Of a DNA stretch of 64,000 nt, positions 52,656 to 62,647 are shown one piece after another. This stretch comes from a phage. The translations under genes were made by a program, and so were the position numbers. The notes beneath the pieces are model-generated. The model was not told the DNA's origin, did no database searches, and worked only from the letters and a program-made list of their open reading frames with translations. The stretch lies in sequence record PX436236.1. The stretch is one strand, 5' to 3'. Each line of letters starts with the position of its first letter. The first letter of the stretch is position 1.

Positions 52656-53821
52656 GTTCAAAAACTATGCAACGTGAAGGCTTTCCTAATATTAGTATAC
52701 GCCTTTACGAAGATTATGACGCCTGGTTAGAGCATCGTTTTGTTGAACTAGGCGCGACATTTACTACTCTAACAATGCGAGATGGGCTTTACGGTAGTAA
52801 TGAAGGGTTGCTTCAGTTTTATGATGCAAAGAACCTTCATACTAAAATGGATGGTGAGCAGATTATTCAAATTTCTGTTAAGAATGCTAACTCTGAACGT
52901 ACCCAATCAAGAATTTATGGAAGTAAACACTTTGCTGTAGGAGTGGATTCGAAGGGCGACAATATCATAACAATACAACTCGCCCCAATCCACTTTTTAG
53001 AGAATCTTAAATTTAGTCGTATGTTCTTCCCGAGTGTTCAAGAAACATTAACTGAAATGATTGGTGTTATTTATCAAGACCGTCCGCTTCTTGCTCCTCC
53101 TTTGAACGGGATAAACGTTTACGTTCCTAATGTTCCTTGGTGTGATTCAATGGACCGTTATATGGAATTTGTACGAGAAGTAGGTATGGCCGTTGAATCT
53201 GATAAATTTGTATTTGTCTGGGAAGATATAGATGGTATTTCTATCATGGACTACGAATTTATGGTTAACCAAGAGCCTATTAATTTTGTAGTGGGTGAGC
53301 CGCGATTAATAGGTCAATACGTTCAAGATATGGATACACCTATCGCATTTGATTTTGAATGGTTAACTAAAGCCAACCAACATTCCAGAAAACCATATGA
53401 AAACGCTACTGTATACGCCCACTCTTTCTTAGACAAAAACGCCACACGAATTACTTTTGGTGACGGGCAAAACAGTATATTGGTTTCTCGCTCCGGTGGA
53501 TATTCTGATTATACCTACCGAAACGGTTTTGAAGAAGCCGATAGATTAGTTACTATGGCCCAATACGATGGATACGCTCATTGTAAGGTATATGGTAACT
53601 TTGAACTAACTCCAGGCGATAAGATTAATTTCTATGACCCTAAAAACCAATTCCAGTACGATTTTTATGTAGACGAAGTTATTCATGAAGTGAGTAACAA
53701 TACATCAATTACAAACCTTTATATGTTTACTAATGGTAAGCCTATTAAGATTGAAGAACCGCCGAAGGTTAAAAATGAACTTAAAACTGATACTCCCGAT
53801 CAAGAAAATAACGCTGGGTGA
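52652..53821 (+). CDS. 27: gp27 baseplate hub
   Basis: 389 aa (T4 391); synteny. Confidence 0.85.
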   Translation: MSSKTMQREGFPNISIRLYEDYDAWLEHRFVELGATFTTLTMRDGLYGSNEGLLQFYDAKNLHTKMDGEQIIQISVKNANSERTQSRIYGSKHFAVGVDSKGDNIITIQLAPIHFLENLKFSRMFFPSVQETLTEMIGVIYQDRPLLAPPLNGINVYVPNVPWCDSMDRYMEFVREVGMAVESDKFVFVWEDIDGISIMDYEFMVNQEPINFVVGEPRLIGQYVQDMDTPIAFDFEWLTKANQHSRKPYENATVYAHSFLDKNATRITFGDGQNSILVSRSGGYSDYTYRNGFEEADRLVTMAQYDGYAHCKVYGNFELTPGDKINFYDPKNQFQYDFYVDEVIHEVSNNTSITNLYMFTNGKPIKIEEPPKVKNELKTDTPDQENNAG

Positions 53822-54302
53822 CAAAGAGATTTCCATTCCTAAATTGGGTCTTAAACACCAGAAATTGGTTAAAGATGAAAAGGACCCTTACAAGGCCCTC
53901 TATATGACAATGGAATCCATTTGTAAAGGACTGTCTGCAGCAGAAACAGATTTTGCTGCTTTACACCTTTTAGAATTCAACGGACGATTAAAAGAAAAAG
54001 TAACTAAAGATGGATTCACATATAATTTAAATGACCTTTATATTTGCCAACGACTTGAATTCCAGTTCCAAGGTAAGACATTTAAATTTAAATCACACGA
54101 ACCATTTCAAACATTTGGTCCTGTTGATAGTGTACTACAATCTCTTTATCTTGGTGATGATGTACCAGATTTTCTGGATATGCCTGCCTTTGTTGCTACA
54201 TGGGCCGACGATATAACTTCTACTGTAGCTATCCCTGGTCCTAATGGTCCTATCAAAGGATTGCTTAAAATCATGGATATCTTAAATGAAGAACGAATCT
54301 AA
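53775..54302 (+). CDS. 28: gp28 baseplate hub distal subunit
   Basis: ATG at 53775 with GAAGG SD gives 175 aa (T4 177); the ATG at 53733 has no SD. Confidence 0.75.
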   Translation: MNLKLILPIKKITLGDKEISIPKLGLKHQKLVKDEKDPYKALYMTMESICKGLSAAETDFAALHLLEFNGRLKEKVTKDGFTYNLNDLYICQRLEFQFQGKTFKFKSHEPFQTFGPVDSVLQSLYLGDDVPDFLDMPAFVATWADDITSTVAIPGPNGPIKGLLKIMDILNEERI

Positions 54303-56022
54303 TCAGAATAGTTTTCGTCGCAATAAACTGATTGAAGAAATGGCTCCTCAGCGTCGTGCTGAGGCGCTAGCCCAAACTCAGAACGACGAATTAGGAAATA
54401 TATCAGATGTTTTATCCGATTCCCAGGCGGCGTCTGAATTGCTCTCTGAAGTTGTTGAGACAAAGTCTAACCAGATTATTAATTCTGTAGACCGAGTAGA
54501 CAAAAGCGTCCAAGATGTTGTCGCTGGAACAGAATTAACGGCTGAAGCCATATCAGAACAAACCCAACAGTCTAAAGCTCTTTCGGATGCATTAAACGAA
54601 AAGATTAATAAGCTTTCTAATATGTTGGAGGCTAAATTTTCTGGTATTTCTATTCCACCGGAAGGGAGCTCATTAAAGGTTATTGAAGACTCTATTCCAG
54701 AAGAACCTAAGGCCGAAACTCCTAAAGTTCCTGCTGTTGTTGAAGATATTCTTCCACCTGAAGATAATAAACCTGACGCCGAATTTATGCCTGAGCCTCC
54801 TAAAAATTCAGATGAAGGTAAAGAAGGTGATAAGACTTCTCTTTCCGAGAAAATCGAAGCCCTTACTAAAATAACTGAAAAGGGATTTAAAGCTTCTATA
54901 GGCGTCGCTGATAGAATTTCAGGCATGCTTTTTAAGTATACCATTACCGCTGCCGCTGAAGCTGCTAAACTCGCAGCAGGTTTAGTCCTTTTAATATTTG
55001 GTATAGATGCCATTCGCGTATACTTCCAATATTTCATGGACCAATTTGAGTCAGGGTGGAAAGAATTTAACGATAAGTTTAAAGAGTGGGGACCATTACT
55101 TGAAGGGCTAATGACATGGGCCAAGAATGCTGAAGCCATGTTTAGTGAAGGAAACTGGTTAGGTCTGGCTGAAGCTATTATTCGTGGTATGGTTAATCTT
55201 ACCAAAAATATGGCACAACTTTTAATGCTTGGTATTTCTAAGTTGATTTCTGCTATTTTAAGTAAAATACCTGGTATGGGTGATTTAGCTGAAAACGTAG
55301 AGGCTTCTGCTTTAATGTCATATCAGCAAAATACCGGAGCCACTTTGGACGATGAAGACCAAACTAAAGTGGCCAAGTACCATGATAGACGTTCAGCCGA
55401 GGCTTTAGAAACAGCCGAGAAAATGAATAAGAAGTATAAGGATAAACCTGAGCTTATAAACCAGGCAGAGAAATACGGTAATCTTACTAAAGAACAAGCC
55501 GACCAATTACGCGCAGGTGGAATTGACACAAGCTTCCGTGACCTCCCTGAAGAAGAACGTTTAGAGTATTTCAAGAAACGTGATAAAGCTCAGGCTGATA
55601 TTATTCGTTTGACACAAACCGCTGATAATATAATGAAGCCAGATTCTAAAGATATCGAAAATGCTAAAGCATTTAAAGCTGATATCGAGAAACAATTGGC
55701 CGACCCTATTATGGCTAAAGGTGGGGCACCGAAAGACCTTAATATCCAGCAATTACTTGATAAGATGAATAAATCTTTAGAGAAATTTAATGAAGCTGAA
55801 AAGCCTAAACCTGCTTCTGTAGCGGAATCTCCTGAAAATACCCAGGTTAAAAAGGTTGATGAGCAAATGAGAGCAAAGGAAAATGCTAAATATAGTCAGC
55901 AAGCTCCAACTCAAATAAATCAGCAAACGAATATCAAGAAAACGAGTAAGACAAGCTATAATATGCCCCCACAGTCCTCTACTCCTGCTCCTGGTATGCG
56001 TCAAGCTACTAAAGTTAATTAG
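54286..56022 (+). CDS. 29: gp29 tail tape measure / baseplate hub
   Basis: 578 aa; synteny. Confidence 0.85.
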   Translation: MKNESNQNSFRRNKLIEEMAPQRRAEALAQTQNDELGNISDVLSDSQAASELLSEVVETKSNQIINSVDRVDKSVQDVVAGTELTAEAISEQTQQSKALSDALNEKINKLSNMLEAKFSGISIPPEGSSLKVIEDSIPEEPKAETPKVPAVVEDILPPEDNKPDAEFMPEPPKNSDEGKEGDKTSLSEKIEALTKITEKGFKASIGVADRISGMLFKYTITAAAEAAKLAAGLVLLIFGIDAIRVYFQYFMDQFESGWKEFNDKFKEWGPLLEGLMTWAKNAEAMFSEGNWLGLAEAIIRGMVNLTKNMAQLLMLGISKLISAILSKIPGMGDLAENVEASALMSYQQNTGATLDDEDQTKVAKYHDRRSAEALETAEKMNKKYKDKPELINQAEKYGNLTKEQADQLRAGGIDTSFRDLPEEERLEYFKKRDKAQADIIRLTQTADNIMKPDSKDIENAKAFKADIEKQLADPIMAKGGAPKDLNIQQLLDKMNKSLEKFNEAEKPKPASVAESPENTQVKKVDEQMRAKENAKYSQQAPTQINQQTNIKKTSKTSYNMPPQSSTPAPGMRQATKVN

Positions 56023-56030
56023 GATTAATA

Positions 56031-57119
56031 ATGAAAGTAAAAGAACTTGACTTTGATGTAGCCTCCTTGTTTAAAGGAGGTTCAAAGACCTCCGCAGGTC
56101 AATCTAAAACACCACCAATAAAAACCACGGTAACCGCTCAGTATCCAGCTGAGCGGGCTTCAGGTAATGATACCTCAACCGATATGGTATTAAACGACCT
56201 CTATAAAAATGGATTGCTTTTTACCGCATATAATTTTAGTTCTCGTGTATCTCCGGATTTGCGTAACGACCGTTCGAGTCAAATGACTAAAAAGTTCTCA
56301 AGTGCAGCCAGCAAATTAACAGGCAATAGTGGAACATATAGTGCTGTTAAAAACTTATTTGGTGGAAATACTAAGGGCGTTAAATTTGATACCCAAGCCT
56401 TAGCTAATATCCTTTTACCTCGTTCTAAATCTGATGTGGATTCCGTGTCACATAAATTTAATGATGTTGGTGAGTCCTTAATTACTAAAGGCGGTGGTAC
56501 TGCTACAGGTATTTTAAGTAACGTTGCTAGTACCGCGGTATTTGGTGCATTAGAATCTGTGACCAACGGCGTAATGGCTGATTCAGGCGAACAGATATAC
56601 ACTACAGCTCGTAGTATGTACGCCGGTCCGGATAACCGTACTAAGGTATTCACTTGGGAAATGACTCCACGAAATGCCCAAGACCTTATCCAGATTATTA
56701 AAATATACGAAATCTTCAACTATTATTCTTACGGCGAAACGGGTAATTCGGCTTTCGCAGGTGAATTAAAAGAGAAGATTGATACTTGGTATCGTTCTAC
56801 ATTTAAAAAAGAAGCTATTGACAAGTTTGATGGTAAGCTATTAGGGGAAAGTATTACAAGCTTCCTTTCTAATGTTATTGTGGTAAGTAACCCAACCATT
56901 TGGTATATCCGAAACTTTGGTGATAGCAGTTCATATGATGGTCGTGAAGATATTTTTGGCCCATGCCAAATCCAGAGTATCCGTTTTGATAAAACTCCGG
57001 ACGGTCATTTTAACGGATTGGCTATTGCTCCTAACTTACCATCTACGTTTAGTTTAGAAGTTACTTTCCGTGAAATTATTACTCTGAACCGTGGCTCACT
57101 TTATACGGAAGGATTCTAA
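56031..57119 (+). CDS. 48: gp48 baseplate tail-tube cap
   Basis: 362 aa (T4 364). Confidence 0.85.
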   Translation: MKVKELDFDVASLFKGGSKTSAGQSKTPPIKTTVTAQYPAERASGNDTSTDMVLNDLYKNGLLFTAYNFSSRVSPDLRNDRSSQMTKKFSSAASKLTGNSGTYSAVKNLFGGNTKGVKFDTQALANILLPRSKSDVDSVSHKFNDVGESLITKGGGTATGILSNVASTAVFGALESVTNGVMADSGEQIYTTARSMYAGPDNRTKVFTWEMTPRNAQDLIQIIKIYEIFNYYSYGETGNSAFAGELKEKIDTWYRSTFKKEAIDKFDGKLLGESITSFLSNVIVVSNPTIWYIRNFGDSSSYDGREDIFGPCQIQSIRFDKTPDGHFNGLAIAPNLPSTFSLEVTFREIITLNRGSLYTEGF

Positions 57120-58048
57120 TGTATACTTTACAAGAATTTCAGAATCAGGCAATTAATATTGACCTACAAAGGAATAACCTGTTTAGTGTGGTATTTGCCA
57201 CAGTTCCTTCTTCTAAATCTCAGACGCTCCTCGACCAGTTCGGTGGAGCTTTATTTAACAATATCCCATTGAATAGCGATTTGTTTGGTATTACACAAGG
57301 AGAGTTGACCCAAGGTGTTACGACATTAGTGACAGCGGGCACTCAGAAGTTGATTCGTAAGTCAGGCATAAGTAAATATTTGATTGGAGCTATGTCATCC
57401 AGGGTTGTGCAGAGCTTACTAGGAGAGTTTGAAGTAGGTACATATCTGATGGATTTTTTCAATATGGCCTATCCTACGGCAGGTCTTTTAGTCCACGCCG
57501 TTAAAATCCCGGATAATACTTTGAACTATGAAATGGATTTGAACCACAACTCACCTAACATCAAAATTACCGGAAGAGAATATTCTCCATTAGTATTAAG
57601 CTTCCGTATGGATTCTGAAGCTGCTAACTACCGTGCTTTTAATGATTGGGTCAATAGTGTTCAAGACCCTATTACACAATTAAGAGCATTACCGGAGGAT
57701 GTTGAAGCTGACATTCAAGTCAACCTTCATTCCCGTAATGGATTACCACATACGGTAGTAATGCTTAATGGTTGCGTTCCAATGAGCGTATCTTCCCCGG
57801 AATTATCTTACGACGGTGATAACCAAATTGCTTCATTTGATGTTACATTTGCTTATAGAAGTGTACAGACTGGTGCAGTTGGCAAACAAGCTGCTTATGA
57901 ATGGTTGGAAGATAAAGTCCTTAAAGGCGTGGCGGGTATAAGTGAGAGCAATTCCCTGAGTTCTTCAGTAGCTAAATTAAGCCGACTTTCAGGAGCTTCT
58001 AGTGGATTAACAGGATTGGTTAATAGTGGAATATCGAGGTTGTTATAA
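57119..58048 (+). CDS. 54: gp54 baseplate tail-tube initiator
   Basis: 309 aa; synteny. Confidence 0.85.
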   Translation: MYTLQEFQNQAINIDLQRNNLFSVVFATVPSSKSQTLLDQFGGALFNNIPLNSDLFGITQGELTQGVTTLVTAGTQKLIRKSGISKYLIGAMSSRVVQSLLGEFEVGTYLMDFFNMAYPTAGLLVHAVKIPDNTLNYEMDLNHNSPNIKITGREYSPLVLSFRMDSEAANYRAFNDWVNSVQDPITQLRALPEDVEADIQVNLHSRNGLPHTVVMLNGCVPMSVSSPELSYDGDNQIASFDVTFAYRSVQTGAVGKQAAYEWLEDKVLKGVAGISESNSLSSSVAKLSRLSGASSGLTGLVNSGISRLL

Positions 58049-58053
58049 CAAAA

Positions 58054-58075
58054 AAGGAGAGCATATGCTCTCCTT
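58054..58075. terminator. bidirectional terminator between gp54 and convergent ORF
   Basis: Perfect 22-bp palindrome AAGGAGAGCAT/ATGCTCTCCTT flanked by A and T runs. Confidence 0.6.
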
Positions 58076-58082
58076 TAGGGGT

Positions 58083-58373
58083 TTATTTACGGAACGAAAT
58101 GAAACCTGCTGTGGTCATTAGTGGTTGCTTTTTAACAAACACCGTAACCGAAATAGGAGCTTCGGATTCGAGTTGTCCTGTCACTACACCGTTAAAAATG
58201 TTTTCGGTTTGTTCTGGATAAGAAAAATTCTCAACAGGTCGGATATCAAACTGTTTGTCTTCACCGAAAACTCGACGTAATTCATTACCCACTGCACTGT
58301 CAAACTCTTCAGAAGCAGGGATAACGTTTTCAACTACCAGTTCTTGACCATTAAAACGGAATGCAGATTTCAT
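58083..58373 (-). CDS. hypothetical small protein (96 aa) downstream of alt cluster
   Basis: ATG with GAGGAG SD; own GTTTAC/TACTAT promoter. Confidence 0.45.
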   Translation of the reverse strand: MKSAFRFNGQELVVENVIPASEEFDSAVGNELRRVFGEDKQFDIRPVENFSYPEQTENIFNGVVTGQLESEAPISVTVFVKKQPLMTTAGFISFRK

Positions 58374-58401
58374 AATGTTCTCCTCATGTTTGTGTAAGGT
58401 A

Positions 58402-58431
58402 ATAGTACCACATCCTTGTGGTGTTGTAAAC
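58402..58431 (-). promoter_or_regulatory. early promoter (GTTTAC-N18-TACTAT) plus conserved leader
   Basis: Upstream of 58083-58373; leader matches 1210-1245. Confidence 0.5.
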
Positions 58432-60554
58432 TACATTTTGAATTTATTTGATAAAGAAGAGATATCCAAAGACGCTGCAAGGATTTCCATAGCCTCGTTG
58501 CTTTCAGAAACAGATTCATTAACCAAGAATTGACTGAACCCATCCATCAGGCGAACTTCACCAGTTTCCATCAAATGGTCACCATCGTAAACAGATTCGC
58601 TGAGCTCTGAAGGAGGCGTTACGGTAGCTTCCATAAGGTATTTGTGAGATACTCTATCATTCATGGCAAAAGCCGCTACTTTATCAACCTTCAACAATAA
58701 TCCACGCGGAAGGATAATTTCTGCTTCTTCGGCATATTCTGTAAGGTCACCAGGAGCGATAACTTTAACTGCTTCAGCACCTCGAATAACCATACCAATT
58801 TCAGCAATTCTATCTGCAGGACCTTCAGGTGCAATTGGATTACCAAACTCGTCTTCTTCCCATTCTACCTCTTCGTCATCGACTTCACCCACATCAGATG
58901 AACTACCACTAGCCAATTTAAACAACTCATCAGCGGAGGACAAAGAACCTTCACCACCAACAAAAACGGCTTGGTTGTCGAGGGCCATATAATTTTTACC
59001 GAATTCACCAAAGATGTTAGGCTTTAATGAGGCTGACACAAAGTTCTTAAAGTAAAATGTTTTGTTATCGATATTATGGCGCAGAATTTTGTATGGCAAA
59101 TCCTGACCACGATACAAAATAGTACCCTTAGGAAGTTTAATACCCTTAGTAAATGCTGAGTCTAAATCCTTAATCAATTTAATAGCCGTTGTATTGTTTT
59201 CGGATTCAGGTTTACCTAAAAGGAATAAGTTCATAGGAGCATATTCAGCCGCGCAATATTCAATAATAGCATTGCTTTCATCTTTGGTTAGGTCCTTAGG
59301 TTTAATGAGCTCGCCTGAATAAGCATATGCATCACTAATAGAATCGTTAATCAGTTTATAAACGGCTTCCATAGCGAAAGCAATTCGAGATGCTTTCTCT
59401 GAAGGGGAACCCTTAAAACGGGTACTCAGGTTATTAACAATTTTCTTAATAATATCCAGACTATTGGTTGTATTGATTTGCGAAAGGCCACTTAAAAGTC
59501 TATCGACTTCTGTATTAAAAAATGCCATATTATTAGAGTAAATTTCAAACCCTTGTTTATCTCTATTAGCATAATTTAGTTTAAATTTACTATCAGTCAT
59601 TAAAGCGTGTGTGAGAGCAATAGTGTATCTAAAGTTGGCAAGGTCCTCGCTCTTAGATTTAAACTGAGAAGCCTGACGCATTTTAGTAATGGCACCTTTT
59701 TTAAAGTTCTGACTAATCTGTTCAATACCTTCGTTCTCAGGGCCTTCAGCCGTGTGAACCGGTACAGAAGCTTCAAACTCGTTATAAACCTGCAATTCTT
59801 TAGGGGACAAAGTTTCAGGCTCAGCAGTAGAATACTGCGCCGCCGCTGCCATACGACGCGAAATCTTAGTACGAGTAATGACAGCCTTATCAGTACGTTT
59901 CTCTTCAACTTGTGCAATAGATGCCGCTACGGCTTCGACCTTACTTACAGCCTGGCCGGTTTTCTTAGAAACATACACTTCGCCAACTTTAGACTCAACT
60001 TTAGTATAAAGATCGGCATTAATTTCAGGCATACCCTTGATATCTTCAATATTAGCACCACGACGTACTAAAAGAACGTAGGTATGTTTTCCGCTGAATT
60101 GGAACATGTCGTCAACAACTTTAAACTTACCACCGGTACGAGCCATAGCCAAGCGAGCTAATACGCGCTGAACGGTAGGACCTTTACCTTTCATTTTCTT
60201 AGTAGGGAAACGGAACAAAACCGCGTCCATTTTAAGTTTGTTTATTTGTTCATATATGGTATCGAAAATGGTGTTCAGTGTACCGAGTGGATCGGTACCC
60301 AAACCACCCTTGAGTTCTGCCGGGGCGCCTTTAGCAGATAAACTCATTAGGATGACATGGACGTACTTATCGCCTGGCTTAACCATTTTAATAGCGTCTC
60401 CTTGAGACGCATAAGATACCATACGAGCAACCAGATTATCATTACCTGGTGCTTGGATAGAGAAAATCTGTGGAATACCGGAACCCGGTTTAAGATTTGT
60501 TACTGGATAGTTTTTAGCGGAATCACTATCAAAAACCTCATTTAAATTTTCCAT
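58431..60554 (-). CDS. alt: Alt-like ADP-ribosyltransferase, paralogue 1
   Basis: 707 aa; conserved N-terminal ~240 aa shared with paralogue 2; C-terminal R-S-E ART motifs (LYRGQ, SASL, EEAEIILPRG). Confidence 0.8.
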   Translation of the reverse strand: MENLNEVFDSDSAKNYPVTNLKPGSGIPQIFSIQAPGNDNLVARMVSYASQGDAIKMVKPGDKYVHVILMSLSAKGAPAELKGGLGTDPLGTLNTIFDTIYEQINKLKMDAVLFRFPTKKMKGKGPTVQRVLARLAMARTGGKFKVVDDMFQFSGKHTYVLLVRRGANIEDIKGMPEINADLYTKVESKVGEVYVSKKTGQAVSKVEAVAASIAQVEEKRTDKAVITRTKISRRMAAAAQYSTAEPETLSPKELQVYNEFEASVPVHTAEGPENEGIEQISQNFKKGAITKMRQASQFKSKSEDLANFRYTIALTHALMTDSKFKLNYANRDKQGFEIYSNNMAFFNTEVDRLLSGLSQINTTNSLDIIKKIVNNLSTRFKGSPSEKASRIAFAMEAVYKLINDSISDAYAYSGELIKPKDLTKDESNAIIEYCAAEYAPMNLFLLGKPESENNTTAIKLIKDLDSAFTKGIKLPKGTILYRGQDLPYKILRHNIDNKTFYFKNFVSASLKPNIFGEFGKNYMALDNQAVFVGGEGSLSSADELFKLASGSSSDVGEVDDEEVEWEEDEFGNPIAPEGPADRIAEIGMVIRGAEAVKVIAPGDLTEYAEEAEIILPRGLLLKVDKVAAFAMNDRVSHKYLMEATVTPPSELSESVYDGDHLMETGEVRLMDGFSQFLVNESVSESNEAMEILAASLDISSLSNKFKM

Positions 60555-60557
60555 TAT

Positions 60558-62639
60558 TTACCCTTGGATGAATTTTTCTGGGATGTCATAGAGGTCTATG
60601 CATGAAGCCAAAAGAGGCAGTACATCAAACCGTGTAGATTTAACAAATGAATCAAAAGATACAGGGCTTTCGGAAGTATCGAAGTCATCTTGATATACGA
60701 CCAACTCGCCGGTTTCCATTAGTACGTCACCATCATATACCACAGATTCTTGAAGCTCATCTGTTGTCATAACTTCAGCTTGGATGAGTTTTGTATTACT
60801 AGATGTTGTTCCATCATTATTAGAAGCATCTGTTATTTTATTAACTTTGACCATTAATCCACGTGGTAGAATAACTTCAGCTTCAGTTGCTATTCCGAGA
60901 TTTCCTGGATATACGACATTAACTTTATGAGCTCCATCAATCGCCCATCCTATTTGAACTTTAACATAATCAGGATTTTCTTTATATGCTCTTATTTCAT
61001 TAGGATTAATAGTTATTCCTTCTTCATTTTTATCAACTGTCAATTCGTTGCGAACTTCCGGTTCTAAAAGACCAATACCAGCGTGCGTAACACCAAAACG
61101 TCCGAAAATTATAGGAGTTAAAGAAGTAGATACAAAATTTCTAAAATAAAACACTTTATTTTTAACTAGTGCTTCGTATATAGGAGCAGTCATACTCTGT
61201 GCACGATAAACTGTAATGCCTTCCGGTATACGGTCACCATTTTCAAAAGCTGAATCTAAATTATTTACAGCGGATTCGATATCTTTTTCGCTCATAACCT
61301 CATAGTTCTGAGGATTATAACGTCCTAAAAGAAGATTATTTATGTCTGTATATCCTGAACCACAATATTCTCTGATACCACGCTTTTGTGATGGAGTATA
61401 TTTAGAACCTTCACGAGCAATAGTAATATCAACCATAATACCACCACCCACACCAGCAAAACTATACACGCGTTTTTTAATGAACTTAGTCTTGGCTGCT
61501 TTCCACTTGGCCTCTGTCAATTCGTTCCAAAGGTCATCAGGTTGGCCTTTACGAGTTCTGTTATGGATAGCCAGCCACTCGCCTTTATATTCTTCGAAAA
61601 TGGTATTAATAGCAGAGGCATATTTTTCTAGAGCTTTAACAGATGTCAAAGGTTCGTTTTTTATTGCTGTAAGAATTTTCTCTTTAATTTTCTCTTGGAT
61701 TTCGCCAATACCGTGAAGTGGGAACATTTTATAATCGTAATGCAATTCTTCAGCAGTGCCTTCAGCCACTATATTAGCAACCTTATTTTTAGCCGCAGGA
61801 GAATTGTTATTAGTGACCATTTCCTGGGCCTCAGGGATTAATGGAACTGTTGCCGGTTTATTAAAATCTACTGCAGTAGCTTCATATTTCTTAAACAGCT
61901 CACTTTCATTACGATAAGATTCTAACGATTGACTTGCTGCAATAGCACGTCGAGAAATCTTAGTCTTGGTTATAACCATTTTATCAGTGCGACGTTCTTC
62001 AACCTTAGCAATACTACCGGCGATAGCAGTTTCTTTAGTAACCTGCACGCCTTCTTTTTTAGAAATATAAACTTCACCGACATCAGAATCTACCTTAGTA
62101 TACAATTCAGCATTAATTCCAGGCATACCTTTGATATCTTCTATATCAGCTTGTTTACGAACTACCAGGATGTAAGTATGTTTACCGGTAAATTGGTACA
62201 TAGCCGGAACTACTTTAAAACGTCCACCTGTTTTCTGTGCTACCAAACGTTGGATAATCCGTTGAACGATAGGGCCTTGACCTTTCATTTTCTTAGTAGG
62301 GAAACGGAACATCACGGCATCCATACGAAGCTTTTTAACTTGGTCATAAACCACATCAAAAATAGTATTAATCGCATCTACGGGAGTAGGGCCTAGGCCA
62401 CCTTTAAGTTCGGCAGGCGAACCTTTAGCTGAAAGGCTCATAAGGATAACGTGGGCATATTTATCACCCATCTTAACCTGTTTAATAGCATCACCTTCAG
62501 AAGCATAGGATACCATACGTGCTACTAACTGAGACTCCGCGTCTCCAATCTTCCAAATCTGAGGTACTTTAAGTTTTGGGTTCAAGTTCACAACAGGCAG
62601 TGTACCTTCGGACTCGAACACTTCATTTAATTGGGTCAT
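60558..62639 (-). CDS. alt: Alt-like ADP-ribosyltransferase, paralogue 2
   Basis: 693 aa; ART motifs VYRAQ, STSL, TEAEVILPRG. Confidence 0.8.
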   Translation of the reverse strand: MTQLNEVFESEGTLPVVNLNPKLKVPQIWKIGDAESQLVARMVSYASEGDAIKQVKMGDKYAHVILMSLSAKGSPAELKGGLGPTPVDAINTIFDVVYDQVKKLRMDAVMFRFPTKKMKGQGPIVQRIIQRLVAQKTGGRFKVVPAMYQFTGKHTYILVVRKQADIEDIKGMPGINAELYTKVDSDVGEVYISKKEGVQVTKETAIAGSIAKVEERRTDKMVITKTKISRRAIAASQSLESYRNESELFKKYEATAVDFNKPATVPLIPEAQEMVTNNNSPAAKNKVANIVAEGTAEELHYDYKMFPLHGIGEIQEKIKEKILTAIKNEPLTSVKALEKYASAINTIFEEYKGEWLAIHNRTRKGQPDDLWNELTEAKWKAAKTKFIKKRVYSFAGVGGGIMVDITIAREGSKYTPSQKRGIREYCGSGYTDINNLLLGRYNPQNYEVMSEKDIESAVNNLDSAFENGDRIPEGITVYRAQSMTAPIYEALVKNKVFYFRNFVSTSLTPIIFGRFGVTHAGIGLLEPEVRNELTVDKNEEGITINPNEIRAYKENPDYVKVQIGWAIDGAHKVNVVYPGNLGIATEAEVILPRGLMVKVNKITDASNNDGTTSSNTKLIQAEVMTTDELQESVVYDGDVLMETGELVVYQDDFDTSESPVSFDSFVKSTRFDVLPLLASCIDLYDIPEKFIQG

Positions 62640-62647
62640 AATCTATC

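Noticed and set aside
54378-55205. 275-aa minus-strand ORF antisense to gp29
   Set aside because: Antisense to a well-supported structural gene; Ser/Ala-rich low-complexity product.
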